This document shows, in pieces, positions 11,872 through 24,112 of a DNA stretch of 64,000 nucleotides. The stretch is taken from the NCBI GenBank assembly GCA_028534125.1, contig CM052818.1, positions 28,770,001-28,834,000 on the forward strand, read 5' to 3'. The translations under genes and the position numbers were made by a program. The notes beneath the pieces are model-generated. The model worked only from the letters and a program-made list of their open reading frames with translations. It made no database searches and had not been told where the DNA came from. Numbering within the stretch: the stretch's first letter is position 1; the number at the start of each line of letters is the position of its first letter. Source of the DNA: Lama glama. Its lineage: Eukaryota.

Positions 11872-12807
11872 CAGGGCTGGTTCTTGGGTGTGCCACCTGT
11901 GTAGCCTCACAGAAGCCCACACTCAAAAGGGCCCTGTGCTTGGTTTAATGTTTTGCTGTCACTGCCTTGAAATTGTTAATAATTTATCATTGAACATGAC
12001 ACAAAGTAAACTCTAAATGGGATGGTAGAGCATGGTTGTGAGCAAAGGACATAAATGCAATGTGTAACTATGCATTTCTGCTTTGCTCCTTTACATCCTA
12101 TTTGCATATAGTACCAGAGATACTCCATGAGCACAGAATTCTGATGATTCAGTCAGCTCAAAACAAGTATAAGATGAGTATTTTACATCTACAACTAAGT
12201 AAGCAAGAGCACTGATAGCCTGGAGAGGCTATGTTTCCTTTAGAATAAGAACTTGCTTGAGACTCAGAAAGAAGACAATGGTGTTCTAAGAGACACAGTA
12301 ACCAAGGAAACCAATCATATCCTTTCTTACCCACAGTTCCTTTACCTTTCAGTCCTTCCTCACTCATCAATAAGTTAAAGGTAAACAATGTTGGTAGACG
12401 TACATGCGTCATGGAGTAAAATAAACACATTTGAGTTGTTTTTAATGCATGTATTTCCTCTCATGCAAAATGTATGCATTAGTGAGAAATATGAACTGTG
12501 GAATTTTAGTGGTACCACATATGACAGAAATGCTTTCATATTTGCATTAAACTGAGATTGTGCAATATGAAGATGAACGGTAAATTCACACTAATAATTT
12601 ATAATTTAATTTTTCCATACTTAGAATGACATTAAATAGTAAATTTTAAAAACACTATGACAAGTTAAGAGAGAGAGAGAGAGATCATCAAAGAAAGGAA
12701 AAAACTTGTCATTTTCATATCTGTAATAGCACTTTTTCCTGCTTTTTGAGCAAGGGCCATCTCATTTTTATTTTGCTTGGGTCCATCAGATTAAACAGTT
12801 GGCCCCA
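11872..12807 (+). mobile_element. hAT/Tip100 non-autonomous DNA transposon, MER45B-like
   Basis: MER45 5' end 'cagggctggttcttgggtgtgccacctgtg...aagggccctgtgcttggtttaatgttttgctgtcactgccttgaaatt' and 3' end 'tttgagcaagggcc...ttttattttgcttgggtcc...ggcccca'. Length ~0.94 kb. Confidence 0.8.
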
Positions 12808-13406
12808 GATCTAGACAAGCAAGAATAGTCCAGTCTCTAAAATGCAACCTCACGTTTGATCTACATCAGTTTGACCTTTTGTGGCCTGGGTGAAGCCATA
12901 AGATTTTGAGCTCAAACTTACCTACAATAACAGAGGACTCAGAGAAGGAAGTTTAAAGTCATGGCCATAAGCATACAGGGTTTACACTGTTTCTAGCACA
13001 AAAATCTTTTATTTTGATGCTACCTGTGAAAATAGGATATTTATCTAGGGAGTAGATTCCAGCTGAAAGATCTGAATTACACACCTTTACCCCATGGTTT
13101 CAAGGTACAGGGAATAAGGCTTGCCTTGGATATTGAAGTTTGGGCTATAGAGTCTAATGACTGTGTGATAAAGTTGTAACTGGTCATTAGAATCAAAATA
13201 TTTTCTGAGGACAGGAAAAGTATATTTTAATGATTAAAAGTATGAATCCAGGCTGATCCAAGGCTGTCCATTTATTGCTAAGTTAAAGAAAGATCTGTTG
13301 CCTTCGTTCTCCCAAAGGAAATTCCTTCTTGAAGGACTCATTCATCTCTCCTTGAAGCTATGTAAAGTTTTCCCTTACCCTTTCCTTGAGAGAACTTCTC
13401 CCTCCC

Positions 13407-13472
13407 GTATGTATGTATGTATGTATGTATGTATGTATGTATGTATGTATGTGTGTGTGTGTATGTATGTAT
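13407..13472. repeat. (TATG)n/(TG)n compound microsatellite
   Basis: Directly visible. Confidence 0.97.
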
Positions 13473-14756
13473 TTGATCAATCAGTCCAGTCCCGCTCTTA
13501 GACACCAAGCACAGACTCTCTGTAATTCTCAACTAAATGTGTAGTTTAGAGTCCTCCCACCTCCTCAGCTGTAACTTCCCAAAGACAAAGTGTCTAAGCC
13601 ACTTTCAGTTCATCACCTTTACTCCACCATAAAGCCTGGGACACTATACTGTTCATTCCAAGATGATCTATAGTTTATGGCACAAAACTCACACATTCAA
13701 TATGCCATGGATGGTTTTATGCATGAAAGAAGTAGGAGCTTTTTTGTTTTTCCATTTACGGATCTGGACAAAGGTCAAGTAGAAAACACAAGGTCTTCTC
13801 CTACAGTGGGCCTTCTGCATTCACCGTGGGCTGCTTGTGTCATTACCATAGTTTTGTTTTTCGTTTTTGTTTTTGTTTTTATGGCTTATCATTGACTGAA
13901 AAGCAGAGTCCAAAATCGTTAACATGTCATTTCAGACTCCACCCAAACTTGTCCAGTTCTACCTCTGCAGTATCATCTCCTACTTTTTCTGTTTAATACA
14001 TCTTATACTGAAGTCCCTTGACCTGGCACCAGTCTTCAACATATCTAAATCCCAAGCCTGTGTCCATCTGAATGTACTGTTTGTTCTGCCTGGAAAAGAA
14101 GTCCACCCATCCCCTCTCCTCTCTCTCTGGCTCCTTGTCCACAACTCAGAACTTCCCTTTTCCTCTGCTCCACCTACACAGAGTTGCTCTTCCTCCCTGT
14201 CTCCATAACTCTTCTTACACTGTGTTATATCATCCTTATCTTTATATCCCTGAATCATCATATTGCATTTGATATAATGGGCATTTACTAAATTGATGAA
14301 TGTATGAATGAACTTTGTGTCACATACACTCCACAGGTTTTCTCCACTCTTTAACTGTATTTCAGGCGGTCCATTTCTGATCCATCCCAGAAATGTTATA
14401 AGTAGACTCTTAGCATGTAGATTTTAAATTACCAGCTTTAACTATACACAAGTGGCTCAGAAAGTCTATGACATTTAGTAATCTATAATCATTTTTATGA
14501 GACCTAAAGTTTAATTATCTGTTGAGGCTGCCTCTAGGAAATAGTTACTTAGCTGATAAGTAGACTAAATACATTCCCAGCATCCACATTTAAAAGTGGT
14601 TTGTGGTTCTCTACTTACTGTTATATACCAAGTAACTACATATAAGATATGTGTCATTTTAAGTAAAGTAAAAACAATCAAACAAACCAAAAACCTCTGT
14701 GTCTCTATCATAATGGTTTTTAAAAGAAGCTAATTGTTAATTTGAGGAATAGAAAG

Positions 14757-15177
14757 TATATTAGTTTGCTGGCTGCTGTAACAAAGTACCACGAACTGGG
14801 AGGCTTAAAAAACAGAAGTTATTGTCTCACAGTTCTGGAGGCTAGAAGCCTAAAACTGAGATATCAGCAGGGTTGATTTCTTCTGACGGCTATGAGAGAA
14901 AGATCTGTTTCAGAGTCCTCTCCTTAGTTTATAAATGGCCATCTCCTCCCTGAGTCTCTCTTCACATGGTGTTTTTTCTATCTGCGTCTCTGACTCCAAA
15001 TTTTCTCTTTTTATAAAGACTGGTCATATAAAGATTAGTGTCCACTCTCATGAGCTCTAATTACATCTGCAACAATCTATTTCCAAAAAGGGTCACATTT
15101 TGAGGTTTGAGGTACTGGAAGTTAGAACTTCAATATATGAAATATGAATTTGGGGGGAAACAAGTTAACCCATAACA
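14757..15177 (-). mobile_element. MaLR solo LTR, MLT1B/C-like
   Basis: 'tattagtttgctggctgctgtaacaaagtaccac...tctcacagttctggaggctagaag...gggtcacattttgagg...cccataaca'. Confidence 0.9.
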
Positions 15178-15181
15178 GAAG

Positions 15182-15186
<5 letters not shown>

Positions 15187-15219
<33 letters not shown>
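15187..15219. repeat. (CA)n microsatellite
   Basis: Directly visible. Confidence 0.97.
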
Positions 15220-15227
<8 letters not shown>

Positions 15228-17139
15228 TGAAATAGACTTGAAAATCAGTTTTGGCCATGGCTTCCAGGTGTGACAAGAAGCTTTCCAGAATCAGCTTCAT
15301 CACAAAACAAGAAAAAGAAAAAGCAATCTGGAAAACGATTTCAGTGAATCTATGAACCAGAATTTATTTTAATAACCAAATAGTCAATTAGTATGGCTAA
15401 ATTATGAGGTCATATAAGTGAAGAGAAGCAGATGAGAGAGCTAGGCAGACTTAAAAGGCCTGATGTGCTAGGCAAAGGATTTGAGACCTTTAATAAGGTC
15501 TAGGGATACAGCCTCAAAAGGGCCAGCCCACTGTACAAAATGTCTCTGAAGTCTCACGGTTCATTCTAACATTTTATCAACATTTACCAGATGTTCTATA
15601 ACTAGGTAAATTTTATTCTAATACTGTCCTCCACCAGATTTTTAAGTAGAACCTTTCTCTGGAAAACTGCAGCATTCTCTTAGTTTCCTGGAGTCACCTA
15701 TATCGTATCATCTTGACCTATTTAAAAGGAAGGTGACAAACTAAAAGATGTTTTTCATGTTTAAAAATGACAAGGGATTTATTTATAAAATACCAATGAA
15801 TTCCTTCAAATTTAAAAAAAATTGAAATTAATAAAAACTCCATAGAAAAATAAAGACATTTATATAATAGCCACTTTACAAAAAGAGAAATCTGAAAAGC
15901 TAACGGGTATATATAGTGTCTTTATATTCATGAAACTGTTCCTGAGTGTTCTATTCTTGATCTCTATTCCACTGATCTATTTGTTTGCTACCACACAATC
16001 ACTGAGTATTTCTGTTGCTATAGCTTTGTAATTTATCTGACTATGGGACAAGATAAGTTCTCTCTATTCTCTGTTTTCAACATGGCCATAGCTATTAATT
16101 AGTGTTGATAATCCCACATAAATGTTAAATAAATATACACATTATATGTAGTGGAGAAAATGCCTGTGAAAGTTTAGCTGGCTCCAAAACTTAATCTTTA
16201 AATTCAAATGCAAGACCTCATATTCTAACACCTAGAGTTAACACTTGCCTAGAAAACCCTTTAACAAACTATGAGATCACTTAGTTGGAGGTACTCTGAA
16301 GAGTACTTAAATCAATCCCTTCAATAATAGAAAAGGAAATTAAGATTAGAGAAACAAATCATTGTGCAAACCCCACACAGCTTCTACCAGTAGAATCCAG
16401 GTTTCCTGACTTGGAGTGCAGTGTGTTTCCCACTGTAGCAAATGTCCTGCCTCAGAAACAGAAGAATTCACTTGTCTGTCACCTTATAACCCTGCCAAGT
16501 GCCTGTGACAGGTTTTGTTCAAATCTAATCCATTTTGAGCTGCCCTCACAATAGAGCTGCAATAACTGAATGGGAAGCTGATCAGCATCACAAAGGTTGA
16601 AAATGGCCCATTTGGCTATGAAAAGAGTTCTAATTATGCTAATACATTTAGAAAATATTATTTATAGATGGTATAAAAATCTGTTAACAAACAACCATAG
16701 AATCTGAATGATCCCTAATCCACGAATTCCTTTCAGTTATGCAGAGGAAGGCATTTCAGATACTCCCACTGTCCTTGGACTTCAAGCAGGACATTGCCAA
16801 GCAGGATGTTAAGCAGAAGCCATTTTTACTTACTAATGCTAACTCTGAACATGCCTACTGCTCAGTTTATCCTATGTGTAAAATGAAGAGTATGCCCCAG
16901 GAAAAGGATCTCATCAACATTAAAAATTCATTCATATATAGAGCAGTGACTTATCCAGCATCTCCTCTGTGCCTGGCACCCTTTCTAGACCAGGATGCCG
17001 TGAAGCAGAGATGAATCAGGCACAGTGGCTGACAGATGCTAACCTCTGGCACAGTGTGGGTCAACTCATTTCCCTCATAAATGCCAATGCCTAATGCTTG
17101 CTATTTTATAATCCCTTGATACTTTGATTTTTAAAAAAT

Positions 17140-17176
17140 GGTTTTCTTTTCAGCTTTATTGTGGTATAATTGACAA
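17140..17176 (-). mobile_element. Tiny 5'-truncated L1 3' end
   Basis: 'ttttcagctttattgtggtataattgacaa' is a reversed L1 terminus, flanked by the imperfect direct repeat TGATTTTT(TT)AA at 17125 and 17177. Confidence 0.5.
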
Positions 17177-17591
17177 TGATTTTTTTAACCTCCATATGTG
17201 CACCTAATGTTCTACACAAATTTTTGTTTCCATGAACTAATCATTGCTGGTGCTGAGGAGATGAGGTACAGACTTCCAAAAACTAGCTTCAAATTAAAAT
17301 CCATTAGGTTAAAGGAACTAGTGTTCCACTCACAGTCAAAGCCAAAGTTTAGGGCTGTAGTGGAAAGCGTGAAAAAAAACCATCTCAAGAGAAAGCAGTA
17401 GGAATTGGAAGATACTGTAGTGGAAATTACCTTTTGATTACGCAATTCATAGTGCTTAAACTATTTATGCCTACTTTGTTTTATTGTCCCATGCCAGATT
17501 TTCACCAAGCCAAGACAAATCTGTGACTTTTTCAAAGATGGCTGCCTTGAAAGAAGTGTACCCAAGGGGCTAATTTCTGATGTTAAGAAAT

Positions 17592-18060
17592 TGTGAACGA
17601 AAAATACTACAAACCATATCAGTAAACAAAGAATGCTGAAGCCATCAAGTCATCAGCTGCCTTCCCATCTCCCACAGTGAAGACAAGCCTGCAGCGGCCT
17701 CTGAAGCCTGAGGGGACTCAGAATAAGAAAGGACAGGATACTGGCCCTAGCTGGCTAAGTGCTTGTCAAAGGAATGATTTCAATGAGCCCAAATGTTTGT
17801 TTCCCATACAAAGAAAAGCACTAAATTCTTTAACTTGAGGTGTCTGTTTTCTTTAACAGTGTTCTTTAATGTTCTCCCTACCTGGTCTTTGTTGTAAAGC
17901 TCCTCTGTATCCTGGCTCCTCCCTTACCTCTTTGGAGCAGTCCCTCAGAGCTGCCTGGGAGGCTGTCTTCCCGGGCTTAAAGGGGTTTGAGTCCTCAGAA
18001 ATGTCCACCGAATAAAACATAACTCTCAACTTTTAGGCTATGCACTTCTTTCAGTCAACA
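17592..18060 (+). mobile_element. ERV1-class solo LTR, cetartiodactyl MER41-like, copy 1
   Basis: TG...CA termini (tgtgaac...cagtcaaca), AATAAA at 18011, and end-to-end similarity to 18709-19187. Confidence 0.8.
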
Positions 18061-18708
18061 GGATCAACACCTTGCTGAGCTTTGTGAATAATAAAAGTGT
18101 CTGATAGTCTATGTATTTCTAACAAAATATTACTTAGTATTCCTGATTAAAACATTACTATGTTTGATTCTTTTTCCAACAAACATAAGGTTCAAGCACA
18201 CACACACACAGAAGAACCTCTCCTAGTGCCTAAATCAATACAGGAAATAACCCAGGGCTGTCCCAGTGAGGCATTAGAAGTAGCTGTCTCCCTGAGCTGG
18301 AACTGACATTTCCCTATGTAACTTGTAGGTTTTCTTTTCAATGTTTTTCTTACAACAAGTTTTTTTTCAGTATGCATTATTCTGATATAATACTGATATA
18401 TATAGCTTCTGCCATGACTTAACATTCTTATATCCCCCAAAGATATTGCAATATGTCATGAAAGGGTTACTACACTGTGAGGAAGGAAATCTGAGTACTA
18501 AAGCCAATGCTATCACCTCACAGCTGATTGTGAATCAGTAATAAACTCTGGATGATACTTTTCAAACCTATTGTCCTCTGTCCTAATTTTCTGTCAAAAG
18601 TTTTATAAACCAAAAAATGGGAAATTTCATGTGAAACCCTTTGAAAACCATGTATCACAGTAAATTTGTAAAGCATTATCAAAAATAAGGATTATTTTAG
18701 ATCAGTTG

Positions 18709-19187
18709 TGTGAACAAAAATACTGCAATATGAGTGAAAATAATGCAATCATATCAGTAAACCAAGTCATCAGTGGCTGCTGCCACCCCCCAGTGGGGAC
18801 GGGCCTGCAGCCCAGCCTCTGCAGCCACTCACAATGGTGCACTCTGAGAGCACTCAGAATAAGAAAGGACAGGATACTGGCCCTAGATAGCCAGGTGCTT
18901 GTCAAAGGAATGAATTCAATGAGCCTAAATGTTTGCTTCCTCCCATACATAGAAAAGCACTAAATTCTTTAACTTGAGATGCCTGGTTTTCTTTATATAA
19001 CAAGTAATCTTTTATTGTTCCAACAACTTGGTCTTTGTTGTAAAGCTCCTATATATCCTAGCTCCTCCCTTACCTCTTCGGAGCAGTCCCTCATAGCGAT
19101 CTGAGTGGCTGTCATCCCGGCTTGAATCCTCCCACCAAATGAAGCATAACTCTTAACTTTTAGGCTGCGTGTTTATTTCAGTCGACA
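18709..19187 (+). mobile_element. ERV1-class solo LTR, cetartiodactyl MER41-like, copy 2
   Basis: tgtgaac...cagtcgaca termini, near-TSD gttg/gctg, and shared blocks such as 'actcagaataagaaaggacaggatactggccctag' and 'agaaaagcactaaattctttaacttgag'. Confidence 0.8.
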
Positions 19188-19260
19188 GCTGTAATAAAAT
19201 TGATTAATTAAAACAAGCTATCACTTCATTAGTGATGTTTCCCACTTGTCCTATACAGAG

Positions 19261-19347
19261 TGTATTAGTCAGGGCTCTCCAGAGAAACAACAGAATAAAC
19301 AGGTGTGTGTGTGTATAAATTTGTGTGTGTGTACATATGCGCGCGCA

Positions 19348-19389
<42 letters not shown>

Positions 19390-19756
19390 GACGTATGTAC
19401 AGAGAGAGATTTCTTTTCAGGAAATGGCCCACATGATTGTGCCATCTGGTAAATTAAAACCTGCAGGACAGGCCAGTGGGCTGGAGACCCAAAAAAGAGT
19501 TGCAGTTCAAGACCAAAGGCAGCTAGCTGGCAGAATTCCTTCTTCTGTAAAGGTCCATTGTTTCCTATTAAGTCTTTCAACTGACTGAATGAGGCCCACA
19601 CACATTATGCAGGGTAATCTGCTTTACTTAAAGTCTACTGATTTAAATGTTAACCTCATCTTAAAAATACCTTTATAGGAAAACCTAGACCAGTTTTTGA
19701 TCAAATATGTGGATACCATGACTTAGTCAAGCTGACATACAAAATTAACCATCAAA
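19261..19756 (-). mobile_element. ERVL solo LTR, MLT2-like, with internal (TG)n at ~19351-19386
   Basis: 'tgtattagtcagggctctccagagaaaca...tgaggcccacacacattatgcagggtaatctgctttacttaaagtctactgatttaaatgttaa...aaaattaaccatca'. Confidence 0.9.
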
Positions 19757-21532
19757 AAGAGTTACTATTCAGAATTACCACATACAAAGTTCATTGAAAA
19801 ATAATGACTTTTTCATCTCCCTCAACCCATGTCCACACACCTTGTATGAATAAATGCATTAAAAATGTTTGCTGAATAAGTAGATGAAAATTAGAAATCG
19901 ATCTAGAATAATATAGTTTCATGTAACTTTCATCTTCCAGAATTAATCTGTAAAAATAGAAACTAACAGGAAACTTCCAAAAGGCAAAGTTATGGATATT
20001 CAAAGGGGTTGCCATCTAAAATATCCAGGATAGACCATGCAGAACACCTTGCTTTTCCTTTCTCTGCTTTATTCTAAGGCTCTGAAGTCACCATCTAATC
20101 CAGTGCTGGCTCTCTTTAGTGTTCCCCTTCACTGGCTTTCAAAGTGCATCCAGAGTTTCCCTAATTTATTGACCACCAGTTGTTTTCAGCATCACATCCA
20201 CAACTCAAATGAACCACACACAATTACCCTGCAAAAGATAACCTCCTTCAAATTAGAACATGGGGGAATTACAATCTTTAAAAAGCTCAATAATATTCCA
20301 AATGTTTTATAATAGTTTTATAAATAGCATTGGCTTGGAGAGAAAGTAAACAGAATTTGGTGATATGCAATCATTCTATGGCTACAACTTTCTAACACAA
20401 CAATAGCCAATTCTATGGCTACAACTTTCTAATTGGCTGAGTTGTATAAATAATTATACCATTCTTTTTAACTGAACTAGGTTTGGAAAATTATAATTTA
20501 TTAGGCACCATTAATAAACATTCTATGCTAACTATAATAAGGTTGTAAAACCAAGCTTTGCCATATGTCATTTTTTTAAGGGCAGAATATAAAAGGAAAT
20601 GATTACCTAAAAATATTTAACCATTCACTGCATTTCATGCTCTGCCAGGTAAACTGCTGAACAAAGAAATGTTTAGAACTGTCAAGGCTGTCCCTGTAGT
20701 TGTGTTGGAATGACCATCACAGTTGGTTATCCCCAAAGCAAGGGTTTGCAAACTTGCACTTTGATAACCTGATGCCCAGGTAAGAGGGGAAAAGAAAAAT
20801 CTCCCAAGGAAAAACTAGACATGTTTTCCTTGCCATGGTTGCTGTGTTGAGGTAAAATAAGAATCACATTTAGATTCATAATATTTGACTGTAATTTCCT
20901 CCTCATCCACAAACTAGCTGAATGACTTGGCTACTAAAATAAACAATGCTTAAATGCTGTGTTGTACATATGACTAATGGAGATGTAAGAGGCATCAGTG
21001 TCTATTGTACAGAAATCTACTACTATGAAGTATTCCCGAAGGAGTATTTCCTGTCATAAAAACATAGGATTTTAAATTATCCTAAGGTAATAAAGTGGCT
21101 CAGAGCTTAACTACTAAATATCTCACAAGACAAATAAGGTTTTCATTATACTAGGGAAACTATTCAAACTTTCTGAGTCTTTTTGACTGATTTTCTGGAA
21201 ACTCTAATTTTAAAAAAGTGATTATGAGGTAACTGTACTAACATCAACATTCCATAATAAACTTTTATGCTAACTTTAAACTCATTCTAAACTGTGTATA
21301 TAATCATTCAACCTTTCCCCTATAGAGAGAAAAGGATTTCTAAATTGACAATTAAGAATTGAATCTCATTGACAACCCTAATAATAACTCATAGGTATAA
21401 TCATAAAATAAACCTAACTTCTACCTCTTCTCTTCATTTAAAATCTTTAGCGTCATATTTATCAAAATCTCATCTTTTGTAAATTTAGTAACACTTTACT
21501 TTTTGTTTGTATCTATTCATCCATTATACGTA

Positions 21533-21760
21533 TAGTTGACCCTTGAACAACACAGGTTTGAAATATGCAGGTACGCTTACATGCAGATTTTTTTCAATAG
21601 TAAACACTACAGTACTACACAATCCACAGGTGGTTGAATCCGCAGATACAGATCCTCAGATACAGAGGAATCACCTACAGGGAGGGCTGACTATAAGTGA
21701 TACTCGGCCTTTCACAAAGGGTCAGTCCTCTTAACCCTCACACCATTCAAGGGTCAACTG
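21533..21760. mobile_element. Tc1/mariner Tigger2-derived MITE (MER8-like)
   Basis: Terminal inverted repeats (t)agttgacccttgaa ... ttcaagggtcaactg, with a TA target duplication on both sides (21531-32 and 21761-62). Confidence 0.9.
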
Positions 21761-22329
21761 TATATATTAACATATACTGAATGAAATATATGTATATGTA
21801 TACACACGTATATTTGTAACTTGACATGTATACACTAGATATATCAAGATACTAGACTATATAAATCAAAGCGAATCACATAGCCATCATGGAGCTTACT
21901 TTCTAGAACGTTTTTAGGATGCTAAAACTGCAGAATAGAGAGTGCTACAGAATATATAATAAATGTGTATTGAATGTCTTTTAACCCCATGCCCCCAGAA
22001 ATAAATCAAACTCATCCCTCAAGACCTAATTCAAATACTATCTTCTCCATGAATCCTCTCCTGAAACTTGAAACAACTGAAAGTGACTTTTTCCTCCTCG
22101 CAATCCCCATAGTAGTTGGTTATTCATTTATCTCTCTTTTCAGTCAACATATATTTAACACTTTGTACCCAAATTAACCACTCAAGAGAAACTTGCTCGA
22201 TAAATGAACCAATGAGGGCATGGATGTTAGAAAACAACTATTTATCAGCCACTTAAAGACTAGAAGTGATGCTAAGCGCTCTACATGCACTTTTTTATTC
22301 CACAATAGTCCAGCACAATAGAGACTGTA

Positions 22330-22750
22330 CAAAAGACTGAGGATATATCAGTGAATGAAACAAAGAAAGCTCCTTTGAAGCTTATACTCCAGCAGAAGAG
22401 TCAGACAATAAAATAAATTTAAAAATAAATATATAAAATTTAAATGAGATGTAAAAACTTAGTGTGAAGTGCTATGAGGAAAAGTAAAGTGTGGTACTGA
22501 GATAGGGTGATAGTGGTGTCATTTTAGATAGGGGATTAAATTTGGGCAGAGTTCTGAATGAAGTGAAGGTGTGGAACACGGGGAAGATCTGAAGGAAGAA
22601 CACTCCAGGAAAAGGGAAAAGCGCATATAAAATTTTTGAGGTCAGAACTGGTGAGTGTGTTGTAAGGGGGGGGGGATGTAGTCAGGAAGAGAGCTAAGAG
22701 GCAGATTCTGAAGTATTTCATAGGTCAGGTCAAGAAGTTTGGTAGTAAAT
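22330..22750. mobile_element. L2 LINE 3' fragment
   Basis: 'gactgaggatatatcagtgaatgaaacaaagaaag...gaagcttatactccagcagaagagtcagacaataaa...aagtgctatgaggaaaagtaaag'. Confidence 0.7.
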
Positions 22751-24112
22751 TAATCTGATGCTGCCTTAAAATTACAAAATACTTACATTTCAAGAAGGCA
22801 GATGTGGTAGAATATAACATAGTAGGAAGAACATTATACCTGCATCTACACAAATAAAAACCCTGAAAAGAAGTAAACATGTGGATTCCTTCCTCAGACC
22901 AAGTTATTAAAATTTCCTGGGACTGCTTTCTGTTTTATGAAATGAAGACAGCATTGCCTGAAGGCAGGGATGAAAAAAAATAGTCCTAAAAGCTAAGAGT
23001 TAAACCTTAAAACTGGCATAAGTTATATGAAATCCCTTTTATATGAAAAGCACCTTAAGGAAGAAAAAGTATTCCCTATGCCAGAAGCAGAAAGGAAAAG
23101 AATCTGGCTGCCACTACATTGTTAAAAATCACATATTTCAAGAAGGAAGGAGTCCATCAGAAAATGAATCAGTCAGCAAGGAGTATAAGAGAAAGGAAGG
23201 CATGAATTATCAGCATGTCTCCAGCACTGACTGGGGAACAAAGTGTCCTAGGAAGATAAAATGATGCAAACATGCCCAATCTCCTTATTGCCGAGACAGA
23301 TCTATCAGACCACAGGAGTCTGATGCCGTTAAACATATGAGTTATCCAGCCAACTCTCCTTACTCTGATTTCATGCTCACAAGATACCTACTGATAATCT
23401 AGCTTCCCAGGATGTTTTTCTACAGGAAGGGAATGTTCTGGTGTGCTGGAAAGTTACATTTCTTTCTATAAATTACAGCATTGGCATTCTGTATTTTATA
23501 TTTTATTCTCCTGTGGATTTAGCTGATGTGAATCAGCATGTCTAAGTCCAATAAAGCTCTGAGAAACTGACACTGTCTGTTTTCTGAATCTGTCAGACTG
23601 AGGGGTCAGACCCTGGGTTGTGATGAGCTCAGCAGGTGATGCCCCTCCAGGGGATGCTGGTAACTAGTCAGCCACACACATTATTTTTTGACTTCTCCAC
23701 TGCCTAATTCAAAAGAGTTGTGGGACTTAAATGAAATAATGTATTTGAAAGCTACAGAGTTCTTTTGAGGAATACTGAAAGTACCTTAAAAATGGTGAAA
23801 GAAATAAACTAAGTGTGTACTATGTGGTCTTACCCATCTGGCTATTTGGGACCATCTGTGGTACAGAAGAAAAACCTTACAATCTAGAAGCAATGATTAT
23901 ATCATCCCCATGAAGAATGTGAAACTCATAGGGACAGGTTCAGATACTGAGTAAGCCTTCTTTCCATGTTTGAATAATTCTTTTCCTGGGATGGAAATTC
24001 TGGATTTTCCTTGTAAGATAATATTTCAATATAAAAATCTAGGATCCATTGATTCTTTCTTGAGTTATATAGATACAAAAAATATATATAGTACTTTGAT
24101 GTGCCAGGCAAG

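Noticed and set aside
17592..19187. Intact or mini provirus (LTR-internal-LTR)
   Set aside because: No PBS, PPT, gag/pol similarity or outer TSD. Better explained as two solo LTRs.
19246..19601. ORFs with CVCV/HTHT runs (also at 13.3, 27.0 and 34.5 kb)
   Set aside because: Translations of (TG)n/(CA)n microsatellites inside repeats.
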